Shown: positions 41,677 through 51,000 of the stretch, piece after piece
Layout: each line of letters starts with the position of its first letter
Numbering within the stretch: position 1 is the stretch's first letter
From: Candidatus Poseidoniaceae archaeon
GTDB taxonomy: Archaea > Thermoplasmatota > Poseidoniia > Poseidoniales > Poseidoniaceae
Reading direction: 5' to 3'
Assembly: GCA_938030705.1 (NCBI GenBank)
Contig: CALHIR010000002.1
Location: 2,515-66,514 of the forward strand
DNA: 64,000 nucleotides
Position numbers and translations under genes: made by a program
Notes under the pieces: model-generated
Databases searched by the model: none
What the model was told of the DNA's origin: nothing
Seen by the model: the letters and a program-made list of their open reading frames with translations, nothing else

Positions 41677-42093
41677 GTGGGTTTGCGTTCCTTTCTCCAT
41701 CGCTTGACCGCACCAAAACCCATCCACCGCTCCAGCGATGCTCCTGTCAAGCTCGTGTGTGTTGTCAACCAATCCCTCAAAATGGGCAAGGGGAAGATTG
41801 CAGCTCAAGTGGGTCATGCCTCGGTTCAAGCCTTCCTCAACGCCGGAGTATCGCATCCAGCCGAGACCGAGGCGTGGTTGTCCTCGGGCCAGAAAAAAAT
41901 CTGCTTGAAAACTCCAGAAGCGAAGGATTTCGATGCGCTTCGTAAGGACGCCCGTCGCCTCAACATCCCTTCGCACCTTGTCCATGATGCAGGCCATACG
42001 CAAATTCCCGCCGGCTCCCAAACGGTTCTGGCACTCGGGCCGTATGATGAAACGGTGCTCGACGAGTTGACCGGCCATCTCAAATTGTTGTGA
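41677..42093 (+). CDS. pth2: Peptidyl-tRNA hydrolase, PTH2 family (paralog 2, N-terminal extension)
   Basis: KLVCVVNQSLKMGKGKIAAQVGHASV. GTG start preceded by GAGGAG at -8. ~20-aa extension relative to paralog 1. Confidence 0.75.
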   Translation: MGLRSFLHRLTAPKPIHRSSDAPVKLVCVVNQSLKMGKGKIAAQVGHASVQAFLNAGVSHPAETEAWLSSGQKKICLKTPEAKDFDALRKDARRLNIPSHLVHDAGHTQIPAGSQTVLALGPYDETVLDELTGHLKLL

Positions 42094-42130
42094 ACACCGC
42101 ATTCATGAAGGAGAGCGTTGAGGCGTTTTC

Positions 42131-43177
42131 ATGCGCGAACATCCATCATCGAGAATCGATTTCCGTTCCGATACGGTAACGCAACCAACGCAGGCCATGC
42201 GGGATGCGATGTTCAAGGCGGCAGTGGGCGACGATGTGTTGGGCGATGACCCGACCGTCATCGAACTCCAAGATCGCGTGGCGAAGATGTTCGGCAAAGA
42301 GGCGGGCTTGTTCGTCGCCTCCGGCACCATGGCCAACGCCATTGCCTTGCGGACACACACGGTCCCGGGCGATGAAATCGTCTGCGATAAAACGGCCCAT
42401 ATCTATCGCTACGAAGGCGGCGGTTATGCTGCGCTTTGCGGGGCCTCCATCGCCCTGGTGGATGGCGTTGGGGGGCTGATGTCACCCGAACAGGTGCGTC
42501 AAGCCGTTCGTAAAGCCGAAGGCTCGGGCAGCCACTACCCAAACGGGTCGCTGGTTTGTGTTGAAAACACCTCCAACCTCGGTGGAGGCGCGTGTTATAG
42601 TCAAGAAACGTTGGATGAGATTGCCAAGGTGGCCAAGTCATTGGATTGCAAAACGCATGTCGACGGTGCGCGCATTTTCAACGCCTCACTGGCCACGGGC
42701 GTGGATGTTGCCCGCATGTGTGAGCACTACGACTCCGTCTCCATTTGTTTCTCCAAAGGGCTCGGCGCACCGGTGGGTTCGGTCCTCGTCGGTTCGTCGG
42801 AATTCATTGCTCGGGCTCATCGCTGGCGGAAGTTGTTCGGAGGGGGCTGGCGACAAGCAGGCCTGCTCGCTGCTGGGTGTCTGTACGCCCTTGACCACCA
42901 TGTTGAACGAATGGAACACGACCACCGTCGGGCCCTTGTTGTAGCCAACATGCTCAATCGCCTTCCGATGTTTTCGGTGGATATCTCGTCGGTTCAATCC
43001 AACATGGTTTATGCCGAGACCACCGAATCAGCGGCGGAGGTTGTCGCTAAATTTGCTGAACACGGCATTGACATGTTTGACCTCTCTGAAAACCGAATTC
43101 GAATCGTGATTCATTTGCACATCACCGATGAAGACATTGAACAATTCCAAGCCGTCTTGGACCGCCATTGGGCTTGA
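42131..43177 (+). CDS. ltaE: Low-specificity L-threonine aldolase (PLP-dependent)
   Basis: DFRSDTVTQPT..AM..A......GDD..GDDPTV..L....A..FGKEA.LFV.SGTMAN is the threonine aldolase N-terminal signature; 348 aa. Confidence 0.8.
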   Translation: MREHPSSRIDFRSDTVTQPTQAMRDAMFKAAVGDDVLGDDPTVIELQDRVAKMFGKEAGLFVASGTMANAIALRTHTVPGDEIVCDKTAHIYRYEGGGYAALCGASIALVDGVGGLMSPEQVRQAVRKAEGSGSHYPNGSLVCVENTSNLGGGACYSQETLDEIAKVAKSLDCKTHVDGARIFNASLATGVDVARMCEHYDSVSICFSKGLGAPVGSVLVGSSEFIARAHRWRKLFGGGWRQAGLLAAGCLYALDHHVERMEHDHRRALVVANMLNRLPMFSVDISSVQSNMVYAETTESAAEVVAKFAEHGIDMFDLSENRIRIVIHLHITDEDIEQFQAVLDRHWA

Positions 43178-43201
43178 GAACTTCATATACGCTCGGCGAA
43201 T

Positions 43202-45568
43202 TTGTTTGATATGAGGAGCGTACGCGAGATTGACTGCGAGCACAATCCCGAATCAAAACAAAAGGGCACTGTCTGTTCGCTTTGCCAATCGATCATCGAT
43301 TACCAACCTCGAAGCGGCTTCCAACCCTACCTTCGGGTCGAGGAGCACGAACGGGCCATGGTGTTGTTCGGGGGGCCCGGTGGGACCTCAAAGCGTCGCT
43401 GGGGCACGCTTTCCGCCAACGTGGAGCACATGGAACATGTCCAATGGGCCCGACTGGAAACCAACGACGATCCAATCATCGCCTTTCCTTCGTCTCTCTA
43501 TGAGTTTGATGCTCTGGCCGAGGCCATTGAACGGGGCGATAACCTCTCGCCTGCAGAAGAGAGCATGTTGCGGGAAGGCATTGAGTTCTTTGATGGCTCC
43601 ATGCTCCGGTTCATGGGTTCGACGTGGAATTTGAACGGTGTGCCCCTCCACGGCCTGAGCCTTTCGATTGTTTTTTCCTTGATGGGGCGACGGGAGGTGC
43701 GAAAAGGTTGGAACATTCCCGCCCTTCTGCTCGGGATTTCATCAGTGAATCCCAACTTGGGTGACCATCATCCGCTGATGCAACGATACCATCACGGCCG
43801 CCGAGAGATGCGTTCGCCGTACCGACCGCTGGCCAGCATGCTGGCATGGCTTTCGAACCGATTGAGGGTTGACCGTACGCTTTCGATGGATTCCAATGAA
43901 TGCGTACCGATGATGGCGTGGTCCCATGACATTCAAACCCGCATGTTCGAACAACAACCTGCTAACCTCGAAGGGATGTTTCAAAATGCACTTTCCAACC
44001 ACCCCCCGGGCCTGTTCCAAGCCTACGACACGCCTTGGATGCGAGCATGGCGGGCCCTTGAAGGCGCAGTGCAACGAGCTGAAACGCAAAAGTGGGCCAT
44101 GGACATCAATCGGAAGAACGTCCGAATCCGGGTGCGCACAGCCTCAGGAAAACTTCGGTTGATTCAGGTACCTACAGACCCGGTACTCTGGGCCTTTTTG
44201 ATTTCCATTACCCTCTCGCCCTTGAACAGCGAGGCCGGGCGTCTCTTGCTGGGCCTGCAGCACAATTGGTCTGTCCCTTATGTCGAACCGAACCAACCCA
44301 CGGGGCCCCTGGTCAAGTCGTTGGAATTTTATCACCAAATCATGAACGGGCTCGACACCAGAATCTTCGTTCAACACGCCAAAGCCTTGGTCATCGGCCG
44401 TCTTGGCCACCTTTACGAAATCGCCGTTGAACCCGGCCAACACGGGGCTCCATACTCCATTCAACATCTTGTTGATGTGGAGCCGAACGTCAAATTTCCC
44501 ATTTGTATCCACAGCGGGCGTATCGCGGAGACGGTGCCGCTGGGCGACACCATCGGGGGTGTTCTTCTCTCGATGGTGAACGACCTTGAGGCATCTCAAG
44601 ACATTGGGAGTTTGCAAGAACTTCTTCAAATCCATGCCCCCTTTGGTTTTCCAATAGAGGGCGTCCCCCGCGACTGGTTGAATGCGCTCAACATCGAGAA
44701 CATGGGGCTCCACTATCGCCACATCGTTCGGAATCTTGGCTGGTACCGGGAACGACGTGAGGTTGAACATGAGCGTCGACCGAACCAGGGGCTGCATGAA
44801 TTGCTCATCCGAAATCGCCATCATCGCCGGCGTCGTTCCCGCTCCTCTCAACGATGGAATTCACGCTATCACGCAAGGTTTGACCGGGACGGGACCTTCC
44901 CTCTCGATGAAGTCGTTGCGGCCTGGCGAAACACGGTCCATCCTTACGTGCCTGGCAGTTCCGAGGCTCACGTACACGGGGATTTCTTCGGCGGCCTTCA
45001 TGAAGGGTATTTTCGTCGTCGGTACCACCACCTGATGCCTCATCGACGATTTGACGATGTTCACGAAGAAGGCGACGTCCGAGATGGGGAACGTCGCTGG
45101 TGCGAAGTGTTCGCCAGGGCTTGGGAGGTGCTTGTCCTCCAACCGTTGGGTTCCAACGTTCGCATCCCCAATGAGGATGGCTTGCCACTCAGTTTTGAGC
45201 ACGCAGCCCTGCAACTGACGGTCCGCTCACAACTTGAACGCAATTTCTTACGCCGAATCGCTCAAAATCTCGGGTATGTTTTGGAAGTTGAGAACGGCCA
45301 TGATACCCTCTTCGTTCGTCGAGATCACCCGCGTCCAAACTCCCGCCTTCGATTGACCGACCTTCTTCGAGACGCCCAAGAACGACAGCGTGTGCGGGGA
45401 GCTCCACCGCGTTGGTGGAACTATGTGGATGTCGTTGAACCTCCCCGAGATGTCCCTCACTTCCGCTGGCAACTCCAAATTGATTACACCGATGACCGGC
45501 GTCCAATAAGAGACGACATGGATCGGCTCAATCGCGAGGAAGGCGATTTAGGCCCCCTCTTCGGCTGA
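43202..45568 (+). CDS. Large hypothetical protein (788 aa) with N-terminal Cys4 cluster and internal Arg/His-rich segment
   Basis: CEHNPESKQKGTVCSLCQ at the N-terminus. RNRHHRRRRSRSSQRWNSRYHARF low-complexity stretch. No enzymatic motif recognised. Confidence 0.5.
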   Translation: MFDMRSVREIDCEHNPESKQKGTVCSLCQSIIDYQPRSGFQPYLRVEEHERAMVLFGGPGGTSKRRWGTLSANVEHMEHVQWARLETNDDPIIAFPSSLYEFDALAEAIERGDNLSPAEESMLREGIEFFDGSMLRFMGSTWNLNGVPLHGLSLSIVFSLMGRREVRKGWNIPALLLGISSVNPNLGDHHPLMQRYHHGRREMRSPYRPLASMLAWLSNRLRVDRTLSMDSNECVPMMAWSHDIQTRMFEQQPANLEGMFQNALSNHPPGLFQAYDTPWMRAWRALEGAVQRAETQKWAMDINRKNVRIRVRTASGKLRLIQVPTDPVLWAFLISITLSPLNSEAGRLLLGLQHNWSVPYVEPNQPTGPLVKSLEFYHQIMNGLDTRIFVQHAKALVIGRLGHLYEIAVEPGQHGAPYSIQHLVDVEPNVKFPICIHSGRIAETVPLGDTIGGVLLSMVNDLEASQDIGSLQELLQIHAPFGFPIEGVPRDWLNALNIENMGLHYRHIVRNLGWYRERREVEHERRPNQGLHELLIRNRHHRRRRSRSSQRWNSRYHARFDRDGTFPLDEVVAAWRNTVHPYVPGSSEAHVHGDFFGGLHEGYFRRRYHHLMPHRRFDDVHEEGDVRDGERRWCEVFARAWEVLVLQPLGSNVRIPNEDGLPLSFEHAALQLTVRSQLERNFLRRIAQNLGYVLEVENGHDTLFVRRDHPRPNSRLRLTDLLRDAQERQRVRGAPPRWWNYVDVVEPPRDVPHFRWQLQIDYTDDRRPIRDDMDRLNREEGDLGPLFG

Positions 45569-46442
45569 ACGCAACGGCCAAGCAAACCATGAGGGCGGTT
45601 GAGAACGTCGAAAGAGCAGGAGTGTCCTCACTCTCTTCTTCTGCTTCATCGGGCTGGATTGGTTCCTCGATCACGACCGGCATGATTTCGTAGATGAGGT
45701 GAATTTCCAAATCGTTGCCATCAAAGGGCGTCGGCAAGTTGACCATCGCCGTGCCCTGTGATGAATTTCCAACCCCAAGCATGCTGTGAACAATATGAGG
45801 GTAGGTGCCCAAACCGTTGGTGCCTTCATCAAAGTCGGCGGCGGTCTCAACAATCCAAACAGAAACGTTCAGGGTTGCGTTCTCAAGAAATTGTTCGTCG
45901 AGGTCCAAGGCCCACCCTACGGTGCCTGATGTGTTGCTCAAAGGCGTCCATGAAAAGGCGGTGCTGCCGCTACCAAGAGCCAAATCACGTTGAGCCAGGT
46001 TGGTGAATTCGTTGACCAACGTCCCGTCATCCGCAACGCTTCCGATCTTCTTCATCGTCCCGTTGAAAACGACTGCAGGCGGTGCGTTGAGTCCGTACTT
46101 GTCTCGCCACCGCTGGTCAATTTCTTCGCTTCCAAAGGGGTCTTGGGTCTCGCCGATGGACCGATGAATATGGTACTGTTGGAGATGACCAGCGAGCTGC
46201 ACGTCTTCGAGGGCGTGCTCCACGTCAACACAGTTCTCGCACCAGGTGGCCGTATACACCTCAACAACAGCGGTCAGATCACTCAAGTTGGTCGTGGTGG
46301 AAGCCGTGGTGTTCGCAGGTGTCCACTGGCCGCCGAAGACCATGCCGTTCTCAAGGTCTGTAGCGGGCAGCGCCATGGTTGAAGGGGTCGTCGAAGCAAG
46401 AAGCAAAATGGCAAGCAAGGTTGCAGTCCCGGTCAATCGCAT
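45528..46442 (-). CDS. Secreted thioredoxin-fold protein (WCxxC) with C-terminal membrane anchor
   Basis: Signal peptide MRLTGTATLLAILLLA. Redox motif YTATWCENCVD. C-terminal hydrophobic anchor. The track ORF start at 46616 would overlap tfb; ATG 46442 is preferred. Confidence 0.6.
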   Translation of the reverse strand: MRLTGTATLLAILLLASTTPSTMALPATDLENGMVFGGQWTPANTTASTTTNLSDLTAVVEVYTATWCENCVDVEHALEDVQLAGHLQQYHIHRSIGETQDPFGSEEIDQRWRDKYGLNAPPAVVFNGTMKKIGSVADDGTLVNEFTNLAQRDLALGSGSTAFSWTPLSNTSGTVGWALDLDEQFLENATLNVSVWIVETAADFDEGTNGLGTYPHIVHSMLGVGNSSQGTAMVNLPTPFDGNDLEIHLIYEIMPVVIEEPIQPDEAEEESEDTPALSTFSTALMVCLAVAFSRRGGLNRLPRD

Positions 46443-46488
46443 GGACCCTCCGAGGCCCACCGAGGATATCAAACCGTCTTTGTTTGGC

Positions 46489-47649
46489 TCATTCCTCGGA
46501 TTCTTCTCCGACGTCCTCTTTGCTTGAAGGCTTCTTGGCCTCGTCCACAGGTTCTTCGAACAGAGATTCAGCTTCAGGGAATCGCCCCTCTTCGTACTGT
46601 TGTCGGAGAATGGCAAGACGACTCTTCAGTCCAGCACCGGTGCAACCAACGGCCTCAGCGATACCGTTGAGTTTCCCTTGGGCCAACTCCATTCGCTGAA
46701 GTACCTTGTACATGATACAGGCGGCGACCATGGGAACGGGCACGTTGGCCGTGGTTGCATCGACACTCGGTTCCCCGATGTCACTCATGGCCTTGAAGAA
46801 AGCGTCCATGACGGTGCCCAAGTCTTCGGCCTTCAAACGAGCAGCGAGCGCATCTTCGAGGTTGTGAACAGCCTTGTCCATGTCGTCTTCCCGGGCAGCG
46901 GCAAGGTGCAGCTGGTTGGGTCGGGGGGCCCATCCCATTCGGATACGAGCCAGGTAGTGCTGACGAATGATTTTCTTGGCGTTGATGAACTGCTTTTGAG
47001 TGATACCGTAGGTCTCCATCAACACTTTCTCGTTGATGCTGATGGTTCGGAACATCTTGGAAGCAAGGGAAGCGATGGCCAAGGCCATGATTTGCAAGTT
47101 GTCTTGTTCGGTGGCTCCTCGCAATTCAGGGTGCTCCTTTCCACCGGCTCGGCAAATGGCTGTCTTTGGGCACTTGAGCATACGCTTCTCGTTCGAACCC
47201 AATGTTCGTCGTCGTGCTTCCTGCCAAGGCTTCAGTTTACGTGCGGTTGTGCGCGCCAACAGTTCAACGGCCCGGGCCATGTCCGGCCCGAACATTTCTT
47301 GGATGGTGGCCATCAAGGAGGCGTACATGGGGTCAGTATCTCGCTGAGATGCAAGGTCCTTTCGAGCAAGGTCACGATACTTGCGGACGGTAGCTTTGTC
47401 CAATCGGTTACCATGGGCATCGAATTGATCGCCCCAGGGGTTCATTTTTGCCCCGTGCTTTGCTCCTGCAGTTGCAGCCCCTCGATTCACGGCCTCGTTG
47501 TGTCGGTTTTCTCCAAGTGAGCTACCGCTGTTGGTGTCTGCATCGTTCAGCATGTTTTCGTAGACCACGCCACAATTCATGCAGGACGCTTCTGCACGAG
47601 CATCATCAATTTCCAATTTTCCGCCACAATCTTCACACTTCTCTTTCAT
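46489..47649 (-). CDS. tfb: Transcription initiation factor IIB
   Basis: N-terminal Zn-ribbon CEDCGG...CMNCG; B-reader/linker and two cyclin-like repeats. TATA TTTAAATA about 35 nt upstream of ATG, plus GGAGG at -12. Confidence 0.8.
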   Translation of the reverse strand: MKEKCEDCGGKLEIDDARAEASCMNCGVVYENMLNDADTNSGSSLGENRHNEAVNRGAATAGAKHGAKMNPWGDQFDAHGNRLDKATVRKYRDLARKDLASQRDTDPMYASLMATIQEMFGPDMARAVELLARTTARKLKPWQEARRRTLGSNEKRMLKCPKTAICRAGGKEHPELRGATEQDNLQIMALAIASLASKMFRTISINEKVLMETYGITQKQFINAKKIIRQHYLARIRMGWAPRPNQLHLAAAREDDMDKAVHNLEDALAARLKAEDLGTVMDAFFKAMSDIGEPSVDATTANVPVPMVAACIMYKVLQRMELAQGKLNGIAEAVGCTGAGLKSRLAILRQQYEEGRFPEAESLFEEPVDEAKKPSSKEDVGEESEE

Positions 47650-48005
47650 TTTTCTTCCTCCTATGTATCATGGGCTCCACCCTATTTAAACATCATGTCG
47701 CATAATATCTCCTGCAATCTTCTTGTCTCGTTCAAAAAAACAGAATCTGGACATCACGTTTCTCATCAGGCCCCCATGACCATTTCATATTTATCAAAAC
47801 TAGTTTATATACTTTGCCCTAAAAACCCCATGCTGGATTGGAGAAAACCTCTCAGCCAAGGACAACGCATCTGCATTGAGAAGAGAATCAAAACACTGGC
47901 GCTTCCCTATTTGAACCTCGCGACGCTCCGTCAAGCCGGAACCAAAATCCGGCCCCCTCATCTTGAAATAGGCTCGTGTGCGTTCTCTTAGACAGGCTGG
48001 TTTTC
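47650..48005. promoter_or_regulatory. 356-bp AT-rich divergent control region between tfb (-) and the addB-like/addA-like operon (+)
   Basis: GC ~40% versus ~59% flanks. tfb TATA at 47683-47690 (minus strand). TATA-like tttatata at 47804-47811. Hairpin ccggaaccaaaatccgg at 47935-47955. ttgaaatagg about 40 nt upstream of ATG 48006. Confidence 0.5.
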
Positions 48006-51000
48006 ATGGTTTCATCAATCGCAATAACCTCGGAATATGTTCCTGCGGGGGAAGGCCTTCCTCCGTGGCTGTTCCAGGCGTTGTGTGAACCGTCCCACCA
48101 GGCACCGATGATGGTGCTTCATCCGACCGAGTTGCACCGTCAGCGCACCCTTGAACGCCTTCACCTCCAGGGTGTATCGGTTTCGCCCCAGTACCACCTG
48201 ACGCTCAACAGTCTCATTCGCCTCCTTCACGTCGATCTTCGCTTGCCCGTTCTCCTCGACGAGGAGGCCAGCACCTTCATGGCACTACACGGGAAGTGCG
48301 TGGAAGCAGCTGAAGCAACGGCCCTGCCCTTCCTTTACACGCCGGGCGTGGGGGCGTGGACCTTGAACAAAACTCGCCGCCTTCAGCGGCTCCACGGTGA
48401 ACTCATGCAGTTGCGGCACCCGTTCAAATGGGAAGGAGATCCCGGGGCGGCGGTGTTCCATGAACTGTGTTTGGAGGTTGAGGCTGCGGCCGGTGGCACC
48501 CTTCCAGCCCTCATCGCCGTCCATGTCCTCGAAGCCTTGAATGAAGCGAGTGAACCTCCGTTCCACCTTCGTGATATCGCCGGTATGGTGGTCCTGGACA
48601 CAGCGCCTGACTTCACCGAGGTCGAACAGGATTTGCTGCTCTCTATCGCCTCGTTTTGTCCCGTCCACCAATTGTTGAACCCCGGCTCGTTCCGACTGGG
48701 GTTTCACGGTGCTTACCTCGTGGATGAACCTCCGTGCACGTCCGAAACATTGCCCACCTGGCTCCCTTCCCATGAACCATGGGCGCCTGACGGAGAGGCT
48801 TGGCGAACGGAGGTAGGCCTGCGAAACCAGACTGAAATCACCCGTTTAACACTCGATGAGCGTTCTCAGGCCATGGACGCTGCCTTGGCGTTGATTCAAG
48901 CCTACAAAGCAGAACACGACGGCGAAGTCTTGGTGGTTGATGCTGCAGCCAGTGACCGGGCACTCGAATGGTCGGCGGCACTTTCCACCATCGGCCTTAC
49001 TTGGCATTCAGGTTCTTCAGCCATGAATCAACAACCCCTCCATCACGCCGTCGTGCGTGCTGCATCGCTGGCCCAGGGCATGAGTTCTTGGGCACTTGCT
49101 TCGCTACGCAGCGTCTTCTTCTCTGCGACGATACCGCTGCTCGAAGACGCGTTTCCCCATCTCAACCATCCGACAGAGGGTACATGGCGTCCTCGCCCTG
49201 ATGCTCTTGTTCTTGAGGAGATTGCAAGGAACTTCCACGTTCTCGGGGGCCCGGGGGCCATCGCACGCTGGCTTGGGGTGCTTTCATCGGCAGCCCCGTC
49301 CTTCGCTGAACGAAAGCCCGAAGAGAAAGCTCGTGCGCTTGAGGAAACGCAGTGGTGGCTTGGGTGCTTATTGCATACGTGGGCCCCGCTGCTCTCCCCC
49401 GAAGACCGCCACCTGCTCAAGCACGCCGTCGTGGGTTGCACTTCGGGTGTGGCGCTCCCGCTCCCTCAATCCCTTTCTTCGGGCATGGGGTGGCTTTCGT
49501 GGTTTGTCTCGGTCGTCGACGTCCATGCTCTGGCCAACCGGCGTGCACCGTTTGATGTCGGCGTTGGCGCGCTTCAAGGTTTAATCGAGGCCATGAACGG
49601 CATCAAACATCAACTTCAATCCATGGACTTACCTTTTGATGACGGAGGCTCAGTTTTCGTTGACCTTCTCGAACACGTTGGAGCTACGGCCAAGATCACC
49701 CATCAATCCTCTCGCACCAATCGTCTTCACGTCGTTTCGCCGGAGGATGCTCTCGGGTGCAATGCGGACTTGATTTTGCTGGTGGGCATGGACGTTGATG
49801 CTTGGTCAATGAAATCTCCCACCGTTCCGTGGCTGGATGCGCCTTCCAGGCTGGAACTCGGTTTGTTTCAAAACGACCGTTCCGTACGGAGGGGCCGACA
49901 TCATCTTCGTCATTTGCTGAACGCCGGTCGTCACCTTGTCGTGTTCGATTCTTCGCCAGAAGAAGGCGGTGGTCCCAGCGCGCCGCTTGCTGAATGGTTG
50001 AATGACCAGCAACGAAGCAAGGCTTGGGACGCCATGCGAGCACCTCCGAGTTTCCTTCCCCCGTCCATGTACGAGGGAGACGAAGGCCCGAGGGCCTTCT
50101 CTTGGGTGCCGAGGGAAGAAGGTCATGGAAGTTGGCTCACCCCCGTTGTTTATGCGTCCGTTCAAACGGAGCACGGCCTCCATGAGGTACGTCAAGGCTT
50201 CAGCGGACGCAATCGCCGCCAACAACTCGGTTTGGACCTTCAGGCAGGGCTTCAGGGCCTTGAACAACTCAACCATCCAACGGCCGTGCTCGATGCCTAC
50301 GAGGGTGCAGTTCAGGCTGACCGGCGCCGACGGCAACCGTTGGCTAAACGCATTGAACCCGGTGAGACGTTCGCTTGGGAAAGGCGAGAGGATTTGCTCA
50401 GTGTGGATGCCGTCACCCTCCGACCAACGTCAGCCTCCCTCAAGGTAGAAAGTGTGGCGGCGGGTGTTTTCCCCCATCTTGGGTACCGTGGCGAGAAATC
50501 CGTTTCTTTGAGTGTAGATCCTCGCCCTCTTCCCGTCTATTCAGCCACCAACACCGGCTTAGACCACCGTTTTGGTCAACTTGAATCAGCCGTGGAACGG
50601 GAAGTTTGGTCGCCCAGTCGTCTTGAAGGATGGCTCAAATGCCCTCGTCAAGCGTGGTTGAAGCAAGCCCTCGGGGCGGACGACGATGAAGGCGGCGTGG
50701 CCGAGGACATTGACGTGAGGGTGCGGGGACAAATCGTCCACGAAACCGAAGCTGCGCTCTTGCAAGGCCACGGTGTACCGCTTGGTGCAGAAGTATCGAA
50801 CGAACCGGTGCCGTTGCACGCCGGCCCTATGGGCACGGGCAGGGCGGGATGGGACACCATCCTCGCTTTCCTTGAAGAGAAGGTGCACTGGCTTGGACGG
50901 CAGAACGCCGTCTCCGTTCATCGAACCAAGGACCTCATCGACGCAACAGCAGAGGAGTGGCAGGCCCACAAAGAAGGCGAGTTTGAACTGCCTCAAGAAG

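Noticed and set aside
46600-47520. 306-aa plus-strand ORF across tfb
   Set aside because: It is antisense to the TFB Zn-ribbon and cyclin repeats. Its V/G/S/H-rich composition is typical of spurious frames.
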